Of a stretch of 64,000 bases of DNA, positions 1 to 10,374 are shown one piece after another; the first letter of the stretch is position 1, and every line of letters begins with the position of its first letter. Source of the stretch: Candidatus Yanofskybacteria bacterium (lineage in GTDB: Bacteria > Patescibacteriota > Minisyncoccia > 2-02-FULL-40-12 > GWA2-44-9). The notes under the pieces were generated by a model. That model was not told the origin of the DNA, searched no databases, and worked only from the letters and a program-made list of their open reading frames with translations. The position numbers and the translations under genes are program-made. Location of the stretch: assembly GCA_003151795.1 (NCBI GenBank), contig PLYL01000024.1:4953-68952 (forward strand). Direction: 5' to 3'.

Positions 1-39
1 TCGTAGAGTTTTACAATTGATTGTTCGTCCATTTATTTA

Positions 40-1026
40 TTATATCCTTATTTCTACGACATCGCCTTCCTGAATTATGTAGTCACGGCCAACCAACTTT
101 ATCAGGCCATGGGTGCGGGCGTTGGCGTAGGAGCCGGCATCCAAAAGGGTTTTCCAATTGATAGCGTCTGCTTTGATAAAGAGTTTTTCAAAATCGGTAT
201 GGATGGCGCGAGAGGCTTTCGGAATTAAATCACCTTGGTGGGCGGTCCAGGCCCGACTCTCGTCTTCGCCGGTGGTCAGAAAGGTCAACAGTCCAAGCGT
301 GTGATAACCTTTTTTAATTAAAGCATCAAGCCCGCTTTCCTTGATATTAAATTCTTTTAAATACTCTTGCTTTTCTTCTTCGCCAGCTTCAGACAGCAAT
401 AATTCCAGTGGCGACGAGAGAACGACATAATCACTGCCTTTGATGGCATCCAATAATTTTGCATCTGGTTGCCAATTTTGGGCTAGTTGGGCTTCCGAAG
501 CATTGAAAACATAAATCACCTTTTTGTCAGCCAGTAAATCAAGAGCTGGTAAGCCTGCCCCGCGATCGCCTTTAGGCGATTTTGCGGGGTCTTTCTTTTC
601 TCTTTTTTCTTTGGTTTCCAAATCAGCCAATTCCAGTTCGGTTTTGATGACCTCGATATCATTGATGGGATCAATGCTGCTGTGGACGTGAGTGATATTT
701 TTGTCGTCAAAAACTCTGACCACGTGGGCGATAGCATCCACCTCGCGGATGTTGGCTAAGAATTTATTGCCCAGCCCTTCACCCTGTGACGCACCTTTAA
801 TCAAACCGGCGATATCAATAAATTCAATCGTTGTATAAATTTTCTTTTTCGAATGCGAAAATTCCGCGAGCTGGTCCACGCGTTCATCGGGCACGGCCAC
901 CGCGCCCACATTCGGGTCAATGGTCGTAAACGGATAATTCTGAATATCCACCTGTTTGTTCGTCAGTGCCTTAAACAGGGTACTCTTTCCCACATTCGGC
1001 AAACCCACGATTCCAATTGATAACAT
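40..1026 (-). CDS. ychF: Redox-regulated ATPase YchF (Obg family)
   Basis: [13 protein letters not shown]-loop, [29 protein letters not shown]-terminal TGS domain; central helical region short and contains a palindromic insert. Confidence 0.95.
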   Translation of the reverse strand: MLSIGIVGLPNVGKSTLFKALTNKQVDIQNYPFTTIDPNVGAVAVPDERVDQLAEFSHSKKKIYTTIEFIDIAGLIKGASQGEGLGNKFLANIREVDAIAHVVRVFDDKNITHVHSSIDPINDIEVIKTELELADLETKEKREKKDPAKSPKGDRGAGLPALDLLADKKVIYVFNASEAQLAQNWQPDAKLLDAIKGSDYVVLSSPLELLLSEAGEEEKQEYLKEFNIKESGLDALIKKGYHTLGLLTFLTTGEDESRAWTAHQGDLIPKASRAIHTDFEKLFIKADAINWKTLLDAGSYANARTHGLIKLVGRDYIIQEGDVVEIRI

Positions 1027-1068
1027 AGATGTATATGGTACGATAAAAGCACTGTTTTATCAATTTGC

Positions 1069-1842
1069 ATGGAGAATTTAATACACAATATCGAAGAAGT
1101 TCCGAAGGATAAAAAATTGATTGTGTTTGATTTGGATGGGACGTTAACGGAGAGCAAGGTAAATATCGATTCAGAGATGGCAGGACTTCTGGAAAATTTA
1201 TTAAAAACAAAGAAGGTGGCGATAATTGGCGGCGCGAGCCTTAAGCAGATGGCGTTGCAATTACCTACCGGCATCTCCAAGAATGAGAATTTGTTGTTAC
1301 TTCCTTTAGATGGCGGATCTTTTTATAGGTATAAAGATAATGCGTGGCAGGAAGTCTACAAACATAACCTTTCTTTATTCCAAAGAAAAACAATAGAAGA
1401 AACTTTCACGCAGGTGCTTGCTGAAATAGGTTATGTCCAGCCCAAAAAAATATACGGGGATATTATTGATGACCGTGGTAGTCAGATGACGTGGTCAGCA
1501 TTAGGCCAAAAAGCCCCCTTAGAAGAAAAAGAAAAATGGAACAAAGAAAATAATAAGATTCGTTTTAAAATTGTTGCGAAACTTAAAGAATATTTACCAG
1601 ACATGGAAGCCAGAGTTGCGGGACTGACTTCGGTTGACGTAACACTCAAGGGAATCGATAAAAAGTTTGGCATTGAACAGGTAATAAAATATCTTAACCT
1701 CTCAAAAACAGACGCTTTATTTTTCGGTGACGCTTTAGAAGCAGATGGAAACGACGCTCCCGCCTTGGAGGCGGGAGTCATGTGCTATCAAGTGAGTTCA
1801 ATTCAGAATACAAAAGAGGCGATACAGTATCTCTTAAGCTAG
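1069..1842 (+). CDS. HAD-IIB family hydrolase, phosphomannomutase-like
   Basis: FDLDGTL motif I, DRGSQ.T.SALGQ, GLTSVDVT.KGIDK, FFGD....GND. Confidence 0.8.
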   Translation: MENLIHNIEEVPKDKKLIVFDLDGTLTESKVNIDSEMAGLLENLLKTKKVAIIGGASLKQMALQLPTGISKNENLLLLPLDGGSFYRYKDNAWQEVYKHNLSLFQRKTIEETFTQVLAEIGYVQPKKIYGDIIDDRGSQMTWSALGQKAPLEEKEKWNKENNKIRFKIVAKLKEYLPDMEARVAGLTSVDVTLKGIDKKFGIEQVIKYLNLSKTDALFFGDALEADGNDAPALEAGVMCYQVSSIQNTKEAIQYLLS

Positions 1843-2843
1843 TAATTAATCTTCATCGCTTCACGGACGAGTTTCATGGTCTCTTCGGCTTTTTCGATAA
1901 CGCGCTGGCGGCCCATCTCAAGGATTTCTTTGACATAGTGGGGTTTGGCTTCAAGTTCTAAACGCTTGGCGCGGAAGGGCGCGAGATGGCGGTTTAAATC
2001 GCCTGCCAATTTTAATTTAAATTCGCTGTAGGTGTTGTGCTTCAATTCGGAAGCGGCGTCTTTCGGGTTTTGGTTATGGATTAAGGCGTAAATAAGCACG
2101 AGGTTTGAAATCTCGGGGCGTTCTTTGGGATTGAATTCAATCGTCGTGCCCGAATCGGTCTTGGCCGATTTTATTTTTTCAAGAGTGGTTTCGGGGTTGT
2201 CTTTGAGATAGACGGCGTTGTTTAAACTCTTGGACATCTTGCCGGAACCATCGAGGCCGATGATGCGGGGGCTGTTGGAAAGTTTGGCTTGGGGAAGCGG
2301 GAAAATATCGCACTGATACATCCGGTGGAAGCGCTCGACGATTTCGCGGGTGGTTTCAATCATCGGCAACTGGTCTTCGCCCACGGGCACGATATGGGCC
2401 CGGACGATGGTGATGTCGGCGGCCTGGCTGACGGGATAGCCCAAGAAGCCGTAGGTGACGCTTTCACCGTCCTGGCCGAAGAGTTCTTTCTTCTCGGCAA
2501 TCTCGGCTTTGACGGTCGGATTGCGCTTGAGAGTATTTATCGTAATGAGATTAGAATAAAAAACCGTCAGCTCGGCGATTTGAGGGATTTGGCTTTGGAT
2601 AAAGAGAGTGGACTTTTTCGGGTCGACGCCGGCGGCAATATTGTCCATCGCCACTTCAAGGACATTCTCGCGCACTCGCTCCGGTTGATTAAAATTGTCG
2701 GTCAGGGCCTGCACGTCGGCGACCATGATATACGAATCAAAATCATTCTGCATCGCCACGCGATTCTGCAGAGAACCGAAATAGTGCCCGATATGTAGTG
2801 GTCCCGTCGGCCGGTCTCCCGTCAAAAGAGTCTTCTTTTCCAT
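1839..2843 (-). CDS. trpS: Tryptophanyl-tRNA synthetase
   Basis: TGDRPTG.LHIGH, YPVSQAADI, VPVGEDQ, KMSKS. Confidence 0.97.
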   Translation of the reverse strand: MEKKTLLTGDRPTGPLHIGHYFGSLQNRVAMQNDFDSYIMVADVQALTDNFNQPERVRENVLEVAMDNIAAGVDPKKSTLFIQSQIPQIAELTVFYSNLITINTLKRNPTVKAEIAEKKELFGQDGESVTYGFLGYPVSQAADITIVRAHIVPVGEDQLPMIETTREIVERFHRMYQCDIFPLPQAKLSNSPRIIGLDGSGKMSKSLNNAVYLKDNPETTLEKIKSAKTDSGTTIEFNPKERPEISNLVLIYALIHNQNPKDAASELKHNTYSEFKLKLAGDLNRHLAPFRAKRLELEAKPHYVKEILEMGRQRVIEKAEETMKLVREAMKINY

Positions 2844-2884
2844 TGCAGTATCTTATCTTTTTATTTGGTAAGTATCAAGCTTCG

Positions 2885-3058
2885 CTCGTTTCAGTTGAAA
2901 CCCACGACTCGACCGATAATCGATTGGCTCCTGCGGCCAATCGTTATCTAGATGCTCGCTCCCTCACCAAGCTCCAAGCTGAGGGAGTAAAGCCGGCCAC
3001 AATCTGGGCAGGCCGGCCTGCGCAACTTCTCGCTGTGGGCTTCAGCTTTCACTCGCTA
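2885..3058. repeat. Multi-hairpin palindromic element upstream of trpS
   Basis: Imperfect outer IR (agttgaaacccac / gtgggcttcagct) enclosing three hairpins. Confidence 0.45.
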
Positions 3059-3156
3059 TTTTTTAATCCGATTGTACAGATTGCGAGAAAACCCAAAGCC
3101 TTCGCTTGATTTTATAGGAGCTTTGAATTATAACTATTGCCAGGAGGAAGTTCATT

Positions 3157-3525
3157 ATGGCACATCGTTTTTTTGTCGTTAATCCGAAAGAACCCGACGG
3201 AAGACAGGAGGTTTACTACGTCACGGACGAGAGTCGGCCGGGTGTGGAGAACCTTGACCCCCGCTTACTGAATCGTGCAAAAGACCGCATCGTTCACGAA
3301 GACGTGATTGAAGTCGGTGGGGATGCGGAAGGCCATGTCTCATGCGAGGAATGGCCTGCGATTCAAGCGATTGCCAATCTTGACGAGGCGTGGCTTAACC
3401 ATCGCCCTCGTTTCCGAATGGCTCTCATGAAGGTATATGAGATGGGCATGCGGGCTCAGCGCGAGCTGGATCGGAAGGCAGAAGAAGAACAACACCAGTT
3501 CTTGAGAGAAACTGGCGAAGACTAG
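3157..3525 (+). CDS. Hypothetical protein (stand-alone cassette)
   Basis: 122 aa ORF, AGGAGG before ATG, terminator right after the stop. Confidence 0.65.
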   Translation: MAHRFFVVNPKEPDGRQEVYYVTDESRPGVENLDPRLLNRAKDRIVHEDVIEVGGDAEGHVSCEEWPAIQAIANLDEAWLNHRPRFRMALMKVYEMGMRAQRELDRKAEEEQHQFLRETGED

Positions 3526-3573
3526 GGCTCGTCGCAGAGAGGTTCGCCTCTCGTGGCGGGCCTTTCTTTTTTT
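3524..3573 (+). terminator. Rho-independent terminator
   Basis: agggctcgtcgc...gtggcgggcct stem followed by T tract. Confidence 0.6.
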
Positions 3574-3593
3574 AATAATCATAATCAAGCGAA

Positions 3594-3758
3594 GCCAATT
3601 AGACTTTGACTAACTTGCGAATCCGGATGCATGGTTTTGTCAACGACCGAAAGCCCCGCCGATAGGCGGGGCTTGAGTGTCTTTACAAAATCCGGACAGA
3701 GCACCGTAGGGAGGACTTCTCGCAGGGAAGTCCGACTGGTAGTCAAAGCCTGATTGGC
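3594..3758. repeat. MITE-like nested palindromic element
   Basis: Terminal IR gccaattagactttgacta / tagtcaaagcctgattggc (17/19); internal aagccccgcc-gata-ggcggggctt. Confidence 0.65.
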
Positions 3759-3768
3759 GGAGCGACCT

Positions 3769-5670
3769 TTAAACTTCTATCAAAACCGGCAACACCATCG
3801 GCCGGCGTTCTGTTTTTTGGAAGAGGAAGAGACCGATTTGGTTTCTTAACTCGTCTTTCAAATAGGTGCCGTTGATGTCTTTGCCGTGGGCGGTGTTGTT
3901 GTCGACGATAAAGCGGACCTTCTTGCGCATTTGCATGAGGAGGTCTTTGTTATCCTTCAGGTAAATGAAACCGCGCGAGATGATGTCGGGACTGCCGTTG
4001 ACTTTGCCGGTTGAGCGTTCGACTTTCACGACCACGACCAAGAAGCCGTCTTCGGAAAGCATCTGGCGGTCGCGGAGGACCACGTTGCCGATATCGCCGA
4101 TGCCCAAGCCGTCGACGTAGACGGGATCGGACGGGGCCTTTTCTTTGTCGACCCACCAGCGGTCGGCTTCGATATGGGTGACATTGCCGTTGTCCGCAAT
4201 AATGATGTTCTCTTTGGGCAGGCCTTCTTCTTGGGCGATGTAGCCGTGGTTAATCATCATCGAGTACTGGCCATGGACGGGCATCAGGAATTTCGGCCGG
4301 ATAATTTTCAATAATTCGCGGATGTCTTCTTTATCGCCGTGACCCGAGGCGTGAACGTCGAGCATTTGGTAATTGAAGACTTTGGCGCCATTGCGGTAGA
4401 GCTGGTCTTTCACGAATTGAATCTCGGATTCATTGCCCGGGATGATAGACGAGGAAAAGATATAACTATCGCCGGCGATGGGATGGATGAAGCGGTGCTC
4501 GCCATTGGCGATGCGCATGAGCGCGGCGTTGCTTTCGCCTTGGGCGCCCGTTACGATAGCCACGAGCTTTTCTCGCGGACAGCTCGCCACTTCTTCCAGC
4601 GAGATTTGGGTGCCGCGCTGGATTTTGATGTAGCCGAGGCGCTTGGCAATCTCGACATTGTTTTTCATCGAGTAGCCGTCGAAGACGACTTTTTTGCCTA
4701 ATTTTTCGGCGAGAGTGATGACCTGCTGGACGCGGTTCAAAGACGAGGCGAAACAGCCAACGATGGTTAGGCCGGTCGCCTCCCGCATTAATTTTTCCAG
4801 GTCATGAGTGACGGCGCTTTCCGAAAGCGAATGGCCTTCCATTTCGGCGCCGGTCGAATCGCCCATGAATAATAGAACGCCCCGGTCGCCGATAGCTTTT
4901 AATTCTTCAAGATTAGCCGGCTGATCGTTGACCGGGTCTCGGTCCATCTTGTAGTCATAGGTGTGAACAATGGTTCCGACCGGCGTCTTAATTTCAAACA
5001 GCAAATCATCCGGAATGGAATGGCTGATGCGATGGGCTTTGACTTTAAAGTATTGGCCGACGCTGACTTCGTCCCCGGCTTTGAATTCTTCGATGTCGAG
5101 CGGCTTGCGGTCTTTGAACTCTTCCATCCGCCTCATGATGAGAGCTTTGGTGAGAGGCGCGGCGTAGACGTCGGGGTCGCCGACCTTATGCATGATAAAC
5201 GGCACGGCGCCGATGTGGTCTAAATGGCCGTGCGAAAAGAACCAGGCCAGAACCATGTTTTCTTTGCCGGCCAGATAGCCGACGTTAGGAATCGAGAAAT
5301 CGATGCCCGGCATATTCTGACGCGGGAATCCCAACCCGCCATCGATGAGGATAATTTCGTCGTTATACTGAATGGCGACCATGTTGTTCTTGCCGATTTC
5401 GCCCAGTCCGCCGAAGTGGATAATCTTAAGGCCTGTCGTCGCGCCGGCGCGGGCGTGGTCTTCGGCACTGCCTTCGTTGTCGCGCCGGAGCACTTTAATC
5501 TGGCGGACGACCGGCTTGGGCCGACGCCGGTCGCCAAAACGCGGACGCCGAGGCGCGCGGGTGGCATACTTGCGTTCATCCGGCTCGCCTCGCGTCGAAG
5601 CGGGCGAGGCTGAATTTTGCGGGGCCGAGGCCAATGTGGCTTCGGGCTTTTTTATTTCTTCTTCTGACAT
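3769..5670 (-). CDS. rnj: Ribonuclease J
   Basis: GGLGEIGKN, HGHLDHIG metallo-beta-lactamase motif, HASGHG, PVHG, RRPMVLP end; start placed at ATG 5670. Confidence 0.95.
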   Translation of the reverse strand: MSEEEIKKPEATLASAPQNSASPASTRGEPDERKYATRAPRRPRFGDRRRPKPVVRQIKVLRRDNEGSAEDHARAGATTGLKIIHFGGLGEIGKNNMVAIQYNDEIILIDGGLGFPRQNMPGIDFSIPNVGYLAGKENMVLAWFFSHGHLDHIGAVPFIMHKVGDPDVYAAPLTKALIMRRMEEFKDRKPLDIEEFKAGDEVSVGQYFKVKAHRISHSIPDDLLFEIKTPVGTIVHTYDYKMDRDPVNDQPANLEELKAIGDRGVLLFMGDSTGAEMEGHSLSESAVTHDLEKLMREATGLTIVGCFASSLNRVQQVITLAEKLGKKVVFDGYSMKNNVEIAKRLGYIKIQRGTQISLEEVASCPREKLVAIVTGAQGESNAALMRIANGEHRFIHPIAGDSYIFSSSIIPGNESEIQFVKDQLYRNGAKVFNYQMLDVHASGHGDKEDIRELLKIIRPKFLMPVHGQYSMMINHGYIAQEEGLPKENIIIADNGNVTHIEADRWWVDKEKAPSDPVYVDGLGIGDIGNVVLRDRQMLSEDGFLVVVVKVERSTGKVNGSPDIISRGFIYLKDNKDLLMQMRKKVRFIVDNNTAHGKDINGTYLKDELRNQIGLFLFQKTERRPMVLPVLIEV

Positions 5671-5821
5671 GCGATAATTGTCCGCGAACGCAGTGAGTGG
5701 TAACAATTATCAGCATCCGCCTTTGGCGGATTACTATATCGTTGACCCGCCGGAGGCGGGTAACTTTTTGTTCCCAATCGCTTTACTCTTGGACAAAAAC
5801 TTAGAGTTTGTTTAACTATCT

Positions 5822-6008
5822 TTGTGCCCAGGGAGGGACTTGGTCACAACTCATGCTCGCTTCCGCTCGCATGGTCGCGACCCCGGCTCACGGTAATTTT
5901 TGCCCTTTGCAAAAATTCCATCGTTCCGCCTTTCAAGTCCCTCTCGCAAGACAATAAATTGCCTTGCTCTTAATTCTAAATAATTAATTGTGCCCAGGGA
6001 GGGACTTG
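5822..6008. repeat. 21-bp direct repeat of the tRNA-Leu 3' end bounding a small structured insert
   Basis: ttgtgcccagggagggacttg at 5822-5842 and 5988-6008. Confidence 0.8.
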
Positions 6009-6074
6009 AACCCTCAAAGCCTTGCGGCCGTACGCACCTGAAGCGTATGCGGTTGCCAATTTCGCCACCTGGGC
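5991..6074 (-). tRNA. tRNA-Leu(CAG)
   Basis: GCCCAGG/CCTGGGC acceptor, TACGC-TTCAGGT-GCGTA anticodon arm, long variable arm, GGTTCAAGTCC. Confidence 0.95.
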
Positions 6075-6354
6075 AGTTACGATATGAATTTTTATTTTTT
6101 AGATAAAGCGACAAAAAGCACTTCGGTCATTACCTGTATTTAGAAAGTTCTAAAGAGGAAGTGTTTTATGTCAATGCGTGAGATAAAACATCAATACGGC
6201 CATTGTACTCCTCATCTGCAATAAAGTCAATCCCGCACATAACAAGCATCAGTTTTTCACTATTGCGGCCCAGGTAATTCTAGAAAGAATAAGCTTGTAT
6301 CTTTGCTTACTTTTCAAACACTTAATCACTCAAAACAACAGCAATAAATGCTTG

Positions 6355-8169
6355 TTATGTGCGGGACCAAACCCGTTTGGTGTCGATATACCACTTTTCA
6401 ATATTGGCGAATCGGTCGGCGGGCGTGGCGATGATGGTCGTATTTACGCCTTTAATGTCAGTGGTCTGGGGATAAAGATATAACGGGTTATACAGAAATA
6501 CCGCCGGCGCGTCGCTTATAACTATCTTTTGAAAGTCGTCATATTTCTGGGCCCGGTCAATGGGGTTGAGCGATTGGCGAGCGTCTTCCAGAAGGCCATC
6601 GGCGGTTTTATTGCTATACAGGGCTAAATTCAAACCAAGTTTCTGGGTTTGAGAGGAATCCCAAAAACTGAACGGATCGGGATCAAGGTCTAAAATCTCA
6701 CCGAACAAAAGCGACTGATAGCTTCGGTCTTTGATGACTTGCTGGAGTTGGGGCGTGTCCAGGGCATCGACAATAACCTCAACGCCCGCCTTGCTCCACT
6801 GGTCCTTGATAATATTAGCGATTTGAACCAATTCGGGCAAGGTTGAAGTAGTAATGTGCATGGTCAGACGGGCCTGATTTTTGCCGCTGCCTTTTTGTAA
6901 TATTCCCTTGCTGTCGGCACTGGTCCAGCCGTCCGCCGCCAGAATGGTTTTGGCCTGGTTTAGGTCGTAGGTATATTTAGTGATATCTTGTCCGACATCT
7001 AGGACAGTCTCGATGAGCGGCGAATAAATAGCCGAGCCCTTGCCATCGGCGACGGTATTGATGATGGCTTGCTTGTCGGTGGCGTAATTGAGGGCGAGAC
7101 GGACGTTCTTGTCGGCGAGGACCGGGTTTTGGGTTTGATTAAAGAAAACGCCGAAGTAGCGCGGTATTTTTAATTCAGTGATATTGACGCGCTGTTTGAA
7201 CTTTAATTTATTAAGATTTTGCGGAGAAATCAAGGAAAGATTCTGAACCTCGTTGCTATTGTAGGCGGTAATCATGCTGTCTTCCGAGTCGTAGAATTTA
7301 ATAATGACCGTGTCGATATACGGCCGGCCGTCATAAAAGTTTTTGTTGGCCGTAAGTTGGTAGGATTGGATTTGGCCGAGGTCGTCTTTCTGGAGCTTTT
7401 CAAACATATAAGGGCCGGAGCCGATGGGTTTTAAATTGTAGTCCGCCGAAGCAAAGTTAATCGGCTGAACGGTGCCCCAGATATGTTGCGGCAAAATGCC
7501 GAGGGTAAGATTATTTAAAAACTGGGCGTACTTGTTATTGAGTTTAAACATGACCATCAGATCGTTGATTTTGGTGATGGTCACGCCCTGCCAGTTCACG
7601 CGCTGGGGACTGCCATAATCGGCGTTCTGGGCGGTTTGAATAGTATAGACGACGTCATCGGCCGTCAGTCTCTCGCCGTCTTGCCACAGAATGTTGTCTT
7701 TGAGGTAAACCGTGTAATTCAAACCGTCGCTGGAAATTTCATATGACTTGGCGAGGTCGGGGACGAGCTGGCCGGCTTCGTTGTGCTTGAGCAGGCCCGA
7801 ATAAATCAGACTCGCCAGGTCGCGGTCGGGGTCATTGGTTTGGGCCAAGAGCGGATTGATGTGCCTCGGCTGGCCGACAATACCCTCGCTGAATGAACCG
7901 CCGTAACTCGCGATGGGCTTAGTAAAGTGATTATAGGCTGTGAACGGAATCGCGATGACGCTACCGGCGATAATTAAAAGAAAAGTTAAAATCCAATAGC
8001 GCTCGCGCTTGGAAAGCACCTTTGGCAGAAGGCGCAATTGGTCCAGCCAGCCGTAGTGCCGACGTAAAATGTTTTTGTTGTGTTCTTTAGGCTGGTCGGG
8101 TTTTGGTTCGGTGGGAGAATCCTGTTTCAGGCCAAAAAAATCTTCTAAAGGATGTCGGTCGTTTTGCAT
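6355..8169 (-). CDS. ABC transporter substrate-binding protein, family 5 (peptide/nickel type)
   Basis: N-terminal TM, LVPDLA.SY.IS.DG..YT..L...WQDG..LTADDV, PIGSGPY, VRLALNYA. Confidence 0.88.
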   Translation of the reverse strand: MQNDRHPLEDFFGLKQDSPTEPKPDQPKEHNKNILRRHYGWLDQLRLLPKVLSKRERYWILTFLLIIAGSVIAIPFTAYNHFTKPIASYGGSFSEGIVGQPRHINPLLAQTNDPDRDLASLIYSGLLKHNEAGQLVPDLAKSYEISSDGLNYTVYLKDNILWQDGERLTADDVVYTIQTAQNADYGSPQRVNWQGVTITKINDLMVMFKLNNKYAQFLNNLTLGILPQHIWGTVQPINFASADYNLKPIGSGPYMFEKLQKDDLGQIQSYQLTANKNFYDGRPYIDTVIIKFYDSEDSMITAYNSNEVQNLSLISPQNLNKLKFKQRVNITELKIPRYFGVFFNQTQNPVLADKNVRLALNYATDKQAIINTVADGKGSAIYSPLIETVLDVGQDITKYTYDLNQAKTILAADGWTSADSKGILQKGSGKNQARLTMHITTSTLPELVQIANIIKDQWSKAGVEVIVDALDTPQLQQVIKDRSYQSLLFGEILDLDPDPFSFWDSSQTQKLGLNLALYSNKTADGLLEDARQSLNPIDRAQKYDDFQKIVISDAPAVFLYNPLYLYPQTTDIKGVNTTIIATPADRFANIEKWYIDTKRVWSRT

Positions 8170-8207
8170 GAATAAAGAAGACCAGTCGCACAAGGCGACT
8201 GGAATTA

Positions 8208-8435
8208 TTAGCCGAGCCGGACGGCGAGGACGCAGGCGATGATGAATAGCACGGCGATGACGATGGTGAACTGGAAAATGACTTTTTCCGCCCCGCGCTT
8301 GGTGCTGTAGCCGACACCCGAACCGCCGAACGTAGACGATAAACCGGCGCCGCGCTGTTGGAGCAAAATACCGATGACCAATAACAGGGCGAGACCCATC
8401 TGCGCATACGGCAAGAATTTTATCAATGTATTCAT
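8208..8435 (-). CDS. secG: Preprotein translocase subunit SecG
   Basis: ILLQQRGAGLSSTFGG loop between two TM helices, KRGAEK. Confidence 0.92.
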   Translation of the reverse strand: MNTLIKFLPYAQMGLALLLVIGILLQQRGAGLSSTFGGSGVGYSTKRGAEKVIFQFTIVIAVLFIIACVLAVRLG

Positions 8436-8480
8436 TTTGGTTTTTATTTTTCTAAGTTCTAAATTCTAAGTCCTATTTCT

Positions 8481-8828
8481 CTAGGCCACTTCCGCGATGC
8501 CTGAAAATATTAAATTTACGATACTGACAATGATCGTACCCCAGAACAATGCCACGAAACTCTCAATCGTGACGAACGTCACGAGATAATCCAGTAACCA
8601 GAGGATGAGCATGTTGATAACGAACGTGAACAGGCCGAGGGTCAGCAGAATAAGCGGGAAGGAGATGAGTTTCAGGATTGGCCGGACAATCATGTTCAGG
8701 AGCGCGAGGACCAATCCCGCGATCAAATACTGCTCCCATGAACCCGACACCACAAACCCCGTGACTAGATAAAAAGCCACATACAACGCCACCGCATTCC
8801 CCAAAATTCTGATGATAAACCTTAACAT
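8481..8828 (-). CDS. Phage holin family 4 / YvlD-like membrane protein
   Basis: LN..VRPILKL..FPL.LLTLGLF.FVIN motif, 4 TM. Confidence 0.85.
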   Translation of the reverse strand: MLRFIIRILGNAVALYVAFYLVTGFVVSGSWEQYLIAGLVLALLNMIVRPILKLISFPLILLTLGLFTFVINMLILWLLDYLVTFVTIESFVALFWGTIIVSIVNLIFSGIAEVA

Positions 8829-8867
8829 ATTCAGCAGTATCTACTTTAGCATTTTAGGGCAGAATAT

Positions 8868-10262
8868 TCAACCGCTTACTGATTGATTGTGAAGCTTACG
8901 ATAGTAAGAAATGGCAAAGCGGTGAGCTTCGGAGTCGATGGTCAACAGAAGATTTTTATCGGTGAGGCCAAGTTTGGTTAGTGGGACAGGTTGTTTACGA
9001 TTCGGAATCACAAGAAGATGACCCATGTGTTTGTCATTCTTAGAAATACCGATGACGGGAATTTTTATGTTCATTTCTTTGAGCGTGGTGAGGGCTGAAC
9101 TGACTTGGCCTTTGCCGCCATCAATCAAAATCAAATCAGGGAATGGCCATTCGGGGTGGTTGAGGCGGCGCTCGAGGATTTCGCGGAGCATGGCGGTGTC
9201 ATTGGCGCCCCGGACTGTTTTGATATTGAACTTCCTATAGAAATTTTTATCGGGCAGGCCGTTGACGAATGTGACCATCGCACCGGTGGCATGGGCGCCC
9301 TGAATGTTGGATACGTCGTAGCCTTCGATTCTAATAATCGGTTTATTTATTTTCAATAATTTCGGCAATCCCGAATTATACTCTTTCAATATTTCCGAAT
9401 TCTTAATGACTTGGGCGTTGTAGAAAACTCTCTCGAGCCGATTGAGTTTATTCCGTAATTCAATCGCATTATCAAAATCATGTTTCTTGCCCGCCGTTTC
9501 CATTTCTTTTTTCAATTCTTTGACCAGTGATGACTTACGGCCACTCAAAATATCTCGGAGAGCTTTAATATTCTGTTTGTATTGATTTTTAAATATCCTT
9601 AATTCTTGATTCGTGCTTCTTGCTTCTGGATTTTGCAGGCAGCAAAATCCAAGGCATTTATTGATGTGATAGTTCAAACAAAAATTGTGATGCTTCTGGG
9701 TGCAGGTGCAGTAGGGGAAAATATTGCGGAGATATTTGAGCGTCGCTTTCAACGCCGCACCATCGGTAAAAGGACCGATGTAGGTGGCTGAGACCTTGGC
9801 GTTTGAACCCAGACCCTTGAAACCAGTCCCGTCGGTTTCCTCACGTCGGCCCAAGCGCCGCCGTGAGCCTCCTTCCGCTACTGGGTTCAAAACCAAAGTC
9901 TCAACCACCTTGGGTTGATGGGTGAGAAATATTCTCGGGAATTCATCGTTCGTAATCGCGACGAAAAAATACTGCTTATCGTCGCGAAGCATTATGTTGA
10001 ATTGCGGCCGCAGTTGCTTGATGAGCTGGGATTCGAGGATGAGGGCTTCGATGTCCGAGTGAGTTTCGATATGGGTCAAATGGTCAGCCGTGGCAATCAT
10101 TTTTTGGATTCGCGAATCGGTTGTTTTGGTATACGAAGCCAAACGTCGTTTGATTGATGATGCCTTTCCTATATAAATATCATTTTTTGTGTTTTGAAAA
10201 CGATAAATCCCCGGACTATCGGGCATTTTGGCAACAAGTTCTTTGAGCTTTGCGATGTGCAT
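8868..10262 (-). CDS. uvrC: Excinuclease ABC subunit C (lacks C-terminal HhH)
   Basis: GIY...YIGKA, EALILE.QLIK..RPQFN..L.DDK, UVR helix, IEGYDVS, PDLILIDGGKGQ, EAHRFA. Confidence 0.9.
   Translation of the reverse strand: MHIAKLKELVAKMPDSPGIYRFQNTKNDIYIGKASSIKRRLASYTKTTDSRIQKMIATADHLTHIETHSDIEALILESQLIKQLRPQFNIMLRDDKQYFFVAITNDEFPRIFLTHQPKVVETLVLNPVAEGGSRRRLGRREETDGTGFKGLGSNAKVSATYIGPFTDGAALKATLKYLRNIFPYCTCTQKHHNFCLNYHINKCLGFCCLQNPEARSTNQELRIFKNQYKQNIKALRDILSGRKSSLVKELKKEMETAGKKHDFDNAIELRNKLNRLERVFYNAQVIKNSEILKEYNSGLPKLLKINKPIIRIEGYDVSNIQGAHATGAMVTFVNGLPDKNFYRKFNIKTVRGANDTAMLREILERRLNHPEWPFPDLILIDGGKGQVSSALTTLKEMNIKIPVIGISKNDKHMGHLLVIPNRKQPVPLTKLGLTDKNLLLTIDSEAHRFAISYYRKLHNQSVSG
9782..9910. 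repeat. In-frame palindromic insertion in uvrC
   Basis: ~30-bp terminal IR aggtggctgagaccttggcgtttgaacccag / ctgggttcaaaaccaaagtctcaaccacct. Confidence 0.8.
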
Positions 10263-10374
10263 TTGAAGTACCCGCCAGAGGCGGGTCAGCCGTTATTCAT
10301 TCGGCTGATATTATACAATATTTCGCCGTAAATGAACAGTAGTGATTTCGGTGGTTTTTCCTTAGGATAGGAAG

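Noticed and set aside
5851-6114. 87-aa ORF
   Set aside because: Overlies tRNA-Leu and its trailer.
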